Positions 11,001 through 23,000 of a stretch of DNA of 64,000 bases are shown piece by piece; position 1 is the stretch's first letter, and every line of letters starts with the position of its first letter. This stretch comes from Bugula neritina (taxonomy: Eukaryota; Animalia; Bryozoa): positions 13,143,133 to 13,207,132 of the forward strand of contig OZ037771.1 in the NCBI GenBank assembly GCA_964035545.1, read 5' to 3'. The notes beneath the pieces were generated by a model, which was given only the letters and a program-made list of their open reading frames with translations, was not told the DNA's origin and searched no databases. Made by a program: the position numbers and the translations under genes.

Positions 11001-14000
11001 TAGTAATCACTCTATATATACTATTTACCTCATTCATTGTATCAAATATATAAACTTTTGAACAAAACTCTATAACGAATGCTGGAACTATAAAACTATA
11101 AATAAAATCTTCCAAATGCGATAAACTTATCAAATAAATCAATCTTTCTAGAAAATTCTCTCGACGTACCGATTTCCTCATCTTCTGGCACGGAATGGCT
11201 AAAACTCTGAGAGACAGAGAAGACTGGAGCGTAGTTGTTGATGTCCTTGATGTGAATCTGCACAAAGACGAGGGCATTCAGCTCGGGGGTACCTGAAATA
11301 GAGCACCAGAGAGGTGAATAGCTGTAGCACGGCATATGTCATATATCATATATGTATTAGTTACATTCTATAGCATATATATATAGCTGACACAGTAAAG
11401 TATACACTGCACTGAAGTAAAGACACACCTCCATCAGCTGCCTTGATGGCCAGGTTAACAACAGCCTTCTCAGTAGAGTATATTATTTCTCTGCGGTTGA
11501 AAATCCACCCGGAAGACATGTTCATGTAGAAATCATCTGCCCCTGTGCCTTGCAAACTGTACCGGATTTTTCCATTTAGCCCTGAATCCTTATCAGTAGC
11601 CTGGACCTGCACCACGGGGGAGTTAGGGGGCATCAACTCCTCAATAAACACCTAAAAGCATTGGAACTCAGTCACTGACCAGAAGCAAAGGCCTGTTTAG
11701 CTGCATTCCAATCTCATTATACCACAACACGGGGGCGACCAGCCGGCGCCCCGCAAAGTGAATACAGATTCTAGAGAACTCACCTCATACGCAGACTCAT
11801 TGAACTGCGGCGCGTTGTCGTTCTCGTCTGTCACGCCGACAAACAGAGTGCCGGGAACTACAGTGACAGAGTCGTTGGCGATGAGACGGAGAGTGTAGGA
11901 GCTGACCAGCTCGTGGTCCAACTCCCGCGCCAGAGTTATCCTTCCGGTCAGGTGGTCGATACTGAACACACTGTCGGGGTTACCTCCCCTGGCGAAGTCG
12001 TAGGTGATGGCGGGGTAACTGTCTTGGTCTAGGGCTGAGACGACATACACTTGCTGACCAACCTGCATGTCTACAGAGAGAAACAGCCCAATATATATGT
12101 AATATTGTGTGTTCTTGCAGAAGACATCTTTGTAGGTCATGTGATATAATGTAATTATTCATCGTGTTTTATTGAAGTAGTAAGTAAGTAATGAAAGGCT
12201 GAGGAATGATAAACCAGTTAACTGACAAAGAGTAAATTATTTACAACAGAGTGATAACACACCTTCTTTGATCATCACTGGATTGTCAGCTTGATGACTC
12301 CGTAAGTTAGTGAAAGTTGGGGGGTTGTCGTTAGCGTCCCGTATTGTAACTCGTAGTATTGTACTTCCGGAAAGTGAGGGCGTCCCTTTGTCCTGGGCTA
12401 TTACGGTGGCTCTGATTTGAGAGATAGTTTCTCGGTCTACTTTGCGTGCCAGACGGACAATTCCAGTCTTGGGACCAATGTGAAGATAGTCTGCTTTCTC
12501 GCCCTGAAATCACACGTGATTAAAAGAATGATTCACATACACATTAGTGGCTGAACAGACAGACTAGTTGAGCTGTATGATAATTTACCTGCAGTCTGTA
12601 TTCGATGTCTTTGTTTGGTGGTGTGCCATCTTTGTCTGTAGCCTGTACTTGGGCTATATATGTGGTTATGTCGGCTGACTCGTCTATGACGCCCTGATAG
12701 CGCTCAGCTGGGAACGTCGGGGCGTTGTCGTTCTTGTCGAGTACATTGATCCAGACAGTGCAGTAGTCCGTGTCTCTGGAAGAACAAGTGTTGAGTCATT
12801 AGACTACTACTACTACTAGTACTAGCAGTAGTACTACTACTACTAGTCACTGCTAGTAGTAGTAGTACTACTAGTAGTACTACTTTTAGTACTACTACTA
12901 CTACTACTAGTACTACTACTGCTATTGCTACTAGCACTACTGCTACTAGCACTACTGCTGCTAGCACTGCTGCTGATGCTGCTACTACTACTACTAGTAC
13001 TACTACTGCTACTAGCACTACTACTAGTACTACTATTACTACTGCTACTAGCACTACTGCTACTACTACTACTCACTCTCCACTGACTGCCACCACAACC
13101 ACTCTGTATCTCTGTGTATTCTCAAAGTTCAATTTTGAAGGATCAGACACCCTGATCTCTCCAGACGTAGTGCCAATACTGAAGGGGTTGCTGTTCTCTG
13201 ACACATCATTAGACATCGAGTAGAACACTGGTGCATTATTTGACACGTCAGTGTGGGAGGCTCGCAGAGTTAGTACCTGAAGGGAGAAGTAATTTATAGC
13301 TTGTTGTGTTATCTTATGCACATTATACTGAATGTACGGCATATACTGATATATATACAACACCTTCGCTTTACATCCAGGGAAGTAACTCAATTCAACT
13401 GGCTTAACTCAAACCAACTAACGTTCTGAAGATGCTCTATTAGATCTGCTACTTCCGTTAATATTTTAGAATTTAAATAGCTAAAATTTCAATATTTACT
13501 GCGTCACCCATTGCTCATTGGTATATATTCTATAGCATAACATAGTTAGTATATTAGCCTCAGCTTTTAAGGCACTTACCAGAGCATTGGACCGGGCGTC
13601 CTCCTCCACGTCTTTGTGATACGAACTGCTGAGAAACTTGAACGTCTGCTGTCCACTAGCAGAACCAACTCTTATCTCCACATAGCCTTCGCTGTACAGC
13701 TGAGGGGTGCCTCTGTCAGTAGCCCGCACTTTCAGTCGCTGAACATCTGACACTCCAACTAGACTTTGCTTCACCTGTAACCCCACAGTACTAGTCTTAT
13801 CAGGTGATGGACTAACAGACAGAATGCTAACAATGCTCTAAACAAAGATCTCTACGCTTCACCACATGATGTCTATTTAGCTCAGATCTTCCAAGTATCG
13901 TAGATAGTGTAGAATGATCTCTTCATAGCAAGATCCTGAAACTAAACAGACATATATTACTTGCCTTGACCTCTCCAGTTGGCAAGACTTTGAAGTAATC

Positions 14001-17000
14001 TCCCCCTTGCACTAGACTGAAGTCTATTTCACTGTTTGGGGTGCCAGCCTCATCACTGTCTGTCGCAGAGAGCTGTGAAAACATAACAGTATTTTGTAGT
14101 TCTGATCAGCTCACAGACGCCATTCAGAACAGAATCCAACAGCCTCCAATTTTACATACGATTCAGTGAGTGAGCAGGTATAGAAGGCTAGTCCTAGAAT
14201 CACAGACTAGTACTACCTTTACCTGCCCATAATACTCGGCGAGTATCAACACGCTACACATACCTGCAGCACCAGCGACTCTATGGAGACCAGGGAAGTA
14301 ATGTTCTTCTTGAAGGGAACTTCGTCGAACCTCGGCGCGTTGTCATTGATGTCTAGAATGGTGATTTCCACCCAGGCTTGCTTTGTTCGGGGATCATACT
14401 GAGCATTATCTTGCGCCGTCACTCTGAATGTGTACCGTGGCTTCTTCTCACGATCAAAGTATCTAGAAACAGGAAATGCCCCAGTCAACAAATCAACTCA
14501 GCTCAAGGTCATGCTAGCCTATAATAGGAGCCACACCCACATAGCTGCGTGTAGCCATGCCCATAGAGTTACCTGTAACCCCGCCCACAAAATAACAGCT
14601 GCAGGTACACGAAGCACGGACTCACCCAGCAGTAAGCGATGTGGTGATAACTCCAGTCTCCATGTCCAGATGGAACTTTCCCTCTGTACCATCAGTCCCG
14701 TTGCTAGATATGTAGTACGTTATCTTGGAGTTATTTCCCTTGTCTTTATCTGTAGCGGCTATTTCTAGAACCACAGACCCTGGTGTGACAGACTCGTTAA
14801 TACTTGCTTTGTAAATGGCTCCGTTGTTGGTGAACTCTGGGTCATTGTCATTTGTATCCGAGATCTACAACCAAACGCCGAGTTGAGAAATATAGTGTGT
14901 TATCAATATATTTTATACGGAGACTAATATAAATCGCACCTACACAGAGAAATCTCACCTACACACAGAAATCTCACTCATACAGAAAAATCTCACCTAC
15001 ACGGACAGAAGTGACTTACACTGACAAAAGTGACTTACACTGACAGAAGTGACTTACTCTGACAGAAGTGACTTACAGTGATGATAACCGTGGTGTCGTT
15101 TCTCCTGGGGGGAACCCCATTGTCCCGAGCCTCCACCGTCAGCGTGTACCTCTCCTGGTCCTCCCTGTCCAGCGACTTGGCGTATATTTTGCCGGTTTTG
15201 GGGTCTACGCTAAACTTCCTGTCAGCATCGCCTTCTGAAGATGAACATGAAACCACTTTTGTCAACAGCAAAGTAAAGTAACTACTCATTAGCAGCCAAT
15301 GTTTACGCACACCAGCCAATCGGCAAAGAGAAGAGAATTAATTAGCCTCTCATGCATGCCGAGACATAAGATACCATAAAGCAATGCATTCATAAGGCAA
15401 ATGTTCGATGCATAAGCAATGATAAACCCTTATTTCTAGCAAGAGAACCCAAAGCAGATGCTTTTCATGCAGAGGCAGCATTCGCTGGCAGCATGCAGCG
15501 GCAGCATACCAGAAGAAAGTCAGCGGCACTTCTCAGCACAACCTGCATGCCATTACGAGCTTGAAATAGTTAAAAAGAACTTCAAACTTAAATGCATTAC
15601 ATCTATTGTATTAGTAGAGATGAGCATGCATGAGATGAGTCAGCTGCTGGCTACGCTGCCGATCAGAGATGGTAAATCAGTGGATATAATCAAATGGAAT
15701 CATTTTGATGGGCAGAATCACAGCTAATGGAGCAAGAAGCATTGAAATGTATGAAGAAGGCAGGTATTTGGGTATTTACCGTTGATTCTTGGGGAGGAGA
15801 GAGTCTTCTGGGCTAAGACATCTGTATATACCAATCAGTTATTGCATTTGTATTTATATACATTGTGAAGTACATTACATGTTATTGCACAGACCGAATG
15901 CTAACTACTAGAATTTAGTTCTTCTTGACATCAAAAATATAGCGAATAAAGAATTACTGCTCTCTACACACACTACTTTATCCATATATCTGTGTTGGGC
16001 AATATTCAGTAAGTTAGTTACTGACAGAGGTATGAATCAATTCTATAAAATTCCACTACACACTACACTGAGTTCAACCAATAGTTTACCTGTTATTGAG
16101 TATGTTTATCATTGAGCTCTATGAATAGTTTACCTGTTATTGAGTACGTTATCATCGCATTGCGACCTTCGTCATCATCTTGAGCAACAACTTGAAAAAT
16201 GGAGGTATTGCCATCACGGAGATTTTCCGGAACTGTTTGGAAAAATTGTCGGTGCAAGAAATATGGAGTGTGATCGTTGACGTCGTTGACGTTAATAGTA
16301 ACCGTGCACCAGTCGTACAGCTTGGGGTAGGCATTGTCGTGAACGTACGCTGAAAATAATTTATGTATGTAGGTTTTTGTATGAGATGAAAGACAACGTA
16401 CATAGTAAATGTACATAGAAACTGTGCAATATCTATACAAGTGCAACTTATCAGCAGTTTGGGAATCAGTTTTAATGACATAACAACTTTAGCAGAGCAC
16501 CATTTTCATGAAATATATAACCCACTCTTAGCTATATATTTTATACTGAGCACCAATCGGTGTCCTCATATCCCTATAATACAGGAAGTGATGTCATATG
16601 GTAATACCAGAGAAAGTGTAAGAGCTTTTAGTTTCCCGGTCTAAAGGCGCGGTGGTCGTGATTTGTCCGTTGGCATCCACAACGAACAAGTCATCAGCGA
16701 GTCCGGGAGGAATGGTGTAGGTCAGCTGAGCGTTGGCTCCGGCATCTTCATCCGTAGCCAGAATTCTTACAACCTGAGCCGAGATATACCACAATGTCAA
16801 GGTCACGTGCAACAAATGTTATCACTGCGAAATCTCATCTGCTAAATGAAGACAAAACCATGAAAAAAACTTCACACAACATATTTTTGCAGCCAACTGT
16901 GAAAACACATTCAATAGGCTAAATATATTCACCAGACAACCTTTCTATGACAGAAACCGCGTGGAGGACTTACGGGTTGATGAGCCGTGAGCTCTTCATC

Positions 17001-20000
17001 CACACTGGCCACATACGTGCTGTTGGTGAACTTGGGGGCGTTGTCGTTAACATCTGTAACTGTGATGTATATAGTCTGGGTGAGGTGTTTAGGAGGGGTG
17101 CCGGTGTCTATAGCCTTCACGGACAGGTTGTATGTGGCCTGCTCCTCTCGGTCTAACATTTCTCTCAACTTCAACTCACCTAAAGTGTATTAAACCAGCA
17201 TAGTCCAGTGTGTGGTTACAGTATACATGTATACAAACATACAAACGAAGTAGATCACAGGAAGTAGAGTACAGGAAGTAGACAACAGGAAGTATGACAA
17301 ACCTGTGTCTCTGTTCAAATGGAACTTCCTGCCAGGATCGCCTGCTGTGATGGTGTATCTGATGGAGTCGTTCTTGTCAGCGTCTGTCGCTGCCACCAAC
17401 ATCACCGGGTAACCGACTTGTTCGTCCTCCGCTAAGTTGATCTGCATGCGAGACGCGAACTTGGGCGTGTTGTCATTGACGTCCTTGACATTGATAATAA
17501 CTGAGCATGTGCTGTGTCGTCTCTCAGTCACGTTGACTGCCTGGTCTAGAAAGAGACGAATATTGTGATAATATCAACATGTACACACGGTGCTTTGGAG
17601 GTCTGTATCACTGGAAGCTGGAGACTTGCTGACTCCAGACGTCGCCGAGTGGATGCAGTCAATCTCCAGGTTTGGAGTGTTTTGCATTTACAAAACAATG
17701 AAAATATCTTATACGATATTCCATATTATAGTCGAGTTCTGGTGATAAAGCTTAGACTAAGTGACTTAGACTTCAATTAGACTAAGTTCTGTTACCATGA
17801 CAACTAAACCTAGGATCTATAAGCGAATGGTTTTTTATGAAGTTGGATTGCCCGAGATTTTTTAGTGTAACTGAATCAGAACAGCAAATAAAAAGAGAGA
17901 AAATTGATGCGGTATTTACCAGTAGCTTTGATAACGAGAAGGACGCCGGATATAACCTCGTAGTTGATATTGGTAGCCGTTCGAAGTTGTCCAGTCTTGG
18001 GGTTTATGCTGAACATCTCCTGGTCTGGGGTGGCCGGGAACTGGGACACTATCTCATATATGACCTTTCCATTCTCTCCGGAATCTTTATCTTCTGCTGT
18101 AACTTGACCTGGAAATAGTTGACCCGGATATTTAGTATCAAGTTATAAGTTGACCTAGATATTTAGCAAGTTATTAGTTGACCTAGATATTTAATGGTAA
18201 GTTATTATTGGACATAAAAAGTAGTAACTACTGATAATCTAACCCAATAAATCACAATTTTCAACTTAGAAATAGACGAGAGAGATTTAGAATTACCGAT
18301 AGGTTCGCCGATGTCTGTGTTTTCTAGAATGTTGAACCACTTGGGATCTAGAGTGAACTCCGGCCCGTTATCATTTTTGTCGATCACATTAATCTACAAA
18401 CACAACATTAACGCTGATAATATTAGCCTGAGAGTCCACTGTTATTAGCTTGAGGTTCCTATGTGCACTACTAGCCTGTGGCTCATTAGCTTGAGGCCTA
18501 TACTAACCGTGACGTTGATCCTGGCAGCCTGCGGGTTCTGAAGGGAGTTGTCCACTGCCTGCACAATCAGCCAATGAGTGGCGTGCTTCTCGTAGTCGAC
18601 GGGCAGGGCCGAGTAGATCTCCCCCGACGTTGTGTTTACATCAAACACATTTTCCCGGTTGTTTTGTTTAATCGTGTACTGGAGTTGTCCATTCTCACCT
18701 ACACAGACATTACACAAGTGATGGACTTGCTACAAACTAAAACCAAAGGCGCGCAGATTAGAAGCCTAACTTGAATAGTGCACACACCTTGATCTCCATC
18801 GTAAGCCAGAACGTGTCCGATGACAGTACCGAGGGGAATATTCTCTTCTGTGGTGAGAACTGGGTAGGCCACCGGGAAGGTGGGCGGCTCATTCTCATCA
18901 ATGACATTCACCCGAACAGTGACAGTGGTGGAGAGAGATCTGGGGTGTATGCCATAGTCACGCGCCACCACAGTCACGTTATATACAGATTTAACCTCTC
19001 GGTCGAAGGTCACACGAGCCCGGATGAGGCCAGTTAATGGGTCAATTGCAAAGTTTGCAGTTTGCTCTGAAATATGTAAAAATTGACTCAACATAAAAAA
19101 ACTAGAGCCAAAAAATACAATTTCTAGCGAAATAAAGCAAGTAAAATAGAGCTCTGTAACAAAAACTCTTATCATTTCATCAAATTTGCTGAGTAAGTTA
19201 AATAACTCCTTGGCGCTGAGCTTATATCAACGTAACTTTAAACTCACAATAATTACTCACCTTCACTTATAAACAAGAGGTCAAAAGGTCAGAGTACTCA
19301 CCGCCAATGATTGAATAGGAAACTCTTTGATTTTCCCCCTCATCTACGTCCATAGCAGTGACTTGAGTTACGATAGTGCTGTTGTCTTTATTCTCAGAAA
19401 TCTCAGCTTGTATGATTCCATTTTGAGCCTTGTTGAACCACGGCGCATTGTCATTCAGATCTAGAATCTTTACTCTAATGACGGCGTCAGCGGTGTTGGG
19501 CTGTACACTCGCATCAGACACGCTGACAGTGAATTCAAACACAGCGGTAGTCTCTCTGTCCAGTGCTGACTTCACGTACACTTTGCCATTTTTCTCGTTT
19601 ATTCGAAAATGTGTGACATCATCAGGGAGACTGAAGGTGAGGTCAACATTGGCGTCGACATCGTCAGCAAATACTTGGCCAATCTGTAGTTCAGAATAAA
19701 ATATATTCAGTATTTTTGAACAAAACTACACAAGTCTGAAATATTACCAAGAGACCATCAGTAAACATATCAAATTACACAGCAACGAAATCTAGCATCT
19801 GGTCTCAACATTCCCACGTTAGACCAGAAACTGTACACATGGACACTCAGAGGGGGTATAAGCAACTGCCCGTCCATGTAACAACAGTTTAGTAGAGAAC
19901 CTAGTGACCACTTGGTAAAAGCTTCCAGTACAATTATTCAACTCTTGCAATGAAATCCATTCCGCTAGTCACACACTTCGCAAACTGTACACAAACAGCA

Positions 20001-23000
20001 TGAATCACGATAGCCTACGTACCTCTTGACCAGAGAGGGCATCCTCCTGGACAGACATCTCAAACACAGACTTGGAGAACTTAGGTACGTTATCATTCTC
20101 GTCCACTATAGTGATGGACACAGTGCATGACGCGCTGTATGACCCAGTTGCTCCTGCATCTACACCACCATTAGTAGCAACAACCTCTAGAGTGTAAGGC
20201 ATTCTGATCTCCATTTGACTGAACGAGACTTCATTGTAGAGTTGACCAGTGCTCGGCAGTATTCCTGAAAGCAAACAATTGGAATCTAATGACCTTAGAA
20301 TAGCCCTAGAGTTAAGCTTAGACAGGCTAATTATAGGTTGGGGGTGTCGCGATGACCCGATGACTATTACATAGCCAAAAGAAGGTATAAAATATCCCTC
20401 TTACTTGAATAAAAATTGCAATAATGGTACTGAATCCATAATAATTTTAGTAATAGTATATTGATTAAATAAATAACCATTCATATCTTTTCAAATAAAA
20501 ACTTTATTTATTTAAAGGAATCAACTTGATGCAATGAGAGCACATGGTAACCATGGTAACCTACCAAACAATGTCTGGTTGCCTTTGATGTGATAGTAAA
20601 TCTTCCCGCTCTGTCCACTGTCTGCATCAGTTGCATAAACATAACCAATTTCCGTGAGCAGTGGAGACAACTCTGATAAGTCAAGGTCATAGTGAGTAGC
20701 ATTAAACACTGGAGGGTTATCATTGATGTCTTGTACAGCCACAGTGATGTCTAAAGTGCTTGCCAGACGAGGTGTTCCGCCATCATAGGCTTCCACTTGC
20801 AGTTGATAAACTTTTTCACTTTCATAGTTTAGCGGTTTCTGGTGGAATTTTTAAAAATATTATATAATTGTTGTTTTGTTTCAGAATATAATAAATATTA
20901 GTCAAATAAATATAAAATATCAGACTGCAACACACAGATTCTTATAAACAAGCTTTCAATCAGCTGATCCAACCATAGCAGTAGCCCACCCACAGTGAGT
21001 GAGTCACCAGTGTCAGTGACTCACCAATTGACAGTAGCAGAAGGAGCACTTGCAAGTCCTGTCAGCGCTTACCTGCAGTTGAAGAGCACCTGTCACTGAG
21101 TTTATTTTAAACATTGAGTCTGTATTTCCGGCTGTCAGCTGATAGCGGACTCGGCCATTGAGACCTGAGTCAGCGTCTGTAGCCCTCACTGTATACAGTA
21201 CAGTATCCAGGTCTGTGTTCTCAGCTACTGGCAGCGTAGTGCCCGACAGCGAGCTGAATACGGGACGGTTGTCGTTAACATCAACTATTGTGACATTTGC
21301 CTGCAATAGTCAAACTCTGGCTATGATTCAACAGAAAAATAATTATCGTTTTGGCACAATTTCTAGACAACCCTAAAACTCAGCCAATCCGATTGTTGAA
21401 CTCAAAAACAGGAAATGCACTAGAGATGAATTGTTGATACAGCTGCAGGAATTAAATATGTTAATTTAAACAGTTTGATATTCCACTATAGCCAAGAGAA
21501 AGTACCAAACATCATATAGGATCAAAAGCTGAAGGTTTGTCTCTAATTAATCGAATGACCAAAGCAATTAATTATTACAGCAAAAACTAGATGTTAATTA
21601 GATGGTTTACCATAAATAGAAAACTCAGACAAAACCTACTTGAGCATTGCCAAAGATCCCATTCTTCTCTGCTTGAACATTTAACAGAAGGAACTGGAAT
21701 CTCTCCCGGTTGGCCATGACAGAAGTTGTGACAATTTGGCCAGTCGAAGGTATGACCCTGAAATAGCCCAGTGGGTCACCACTGTATATCGAGTAGACAA
21801 CCCCAGTACTCGAACCTGCAAGTCAGCATAAAGTATACTAGTACTTGGCAAGAACTTGCCGACAGGTGTCAAAAGGTGTGTCTCACTCAGTTTCTTGTAT
21901 CACCTGTGTGCTGGCACTTGACACATTGCGCCACAAGCACATGTAACTGCATGCCATGTCAGTCAAGATTTCAGGTTAGCCTGGTATTGAAATACTGAAA
22001 CAAACTGTTGATTTTTCAACAACAAAAATCCAAATTTCCACGTGGTTAAAATCGTCAGAGAAATTTCCCATAAAAGCTGTATTATAGGAAACGTTACACA
22101 GACATCTGCCAACCTTGTACTGTAGCCTGTATTCTATCCACCTCCTCATTCTGGGCAGTGTTTTCATCAACAGCAAACTGATAGAGAGCATTGGTAAAGA
22201 TGGGTGCTAGTGTAGCGTCCCCTACCACATTGATCGTTACTGTGGCAGGTACTAAGGCAGCCATATTCTGCCCGTCCTTAGCAGTGACAGTCAGCTGGTA
22301 GCCGTAGGGGAGGGGGGAGGGTAAACTCTGCTTCAGCTGCACATTACCTGCAGACAGAGTAGAATAAACTGACACCTGGTGACTATTCAGCAACATACCT
22401 CACAGGTGAAAGCAAATGAAATAATATTAATTTATGAAATTGTTATATAAGCAGCTCCAAGTTGGGGGGTGAAGGATTACATTAGTTTGGGGTTTTCAAG
22501 TTTGGAGTTAGGTACCCGACTCCAAACTATAGAACCCCAAGCTAATGTAGTCTTTCACCCCCAACTTGGAGCTGCTTATAAAACAATTTTAATTTAAGAG
22601 TTATATTATCATGAAATTTATAGCAAAGTACAATGAAGACTTCATTAAATGACTAGTAAATGAAGGTAAGTATAAAGATTGTATAGAAACAGGTGGAGAT
22701 AACATACCTACAAGTTATTCAGCTAATGCAACCTACCTGTTGATTGGTCGATGCTAAAGTAGGTGGATCCATTCCCCCCAGCTATAAAGTAGCTGACATT
22801 GCCCATAACCCCGCTGTCGGCGTCTGTAGCTTTCACCACCACCACTGTGTCACCAACTCGAGAGTTGGGCTGCACACTTCCTGCATAGAGTTCTGGGTAG
22901 AATTTGGGGTGATTATCATTGTAGTCGACAACAACGACCTTGACATTCACAGAAGCCATTTCACCTCCTACAACAAGATTATATAACATCACATGACCAA

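Noticed and set aside
12704-13076. Poly-Val and poly-Ser ORFs
   Set aside because: Translations of the intronic (AGT)n tract.
5321-22986. Many plus-strand ORFs overlapping cadherin exons
   Set aside because: Antisense shadows of GC-richer ds coding exons.
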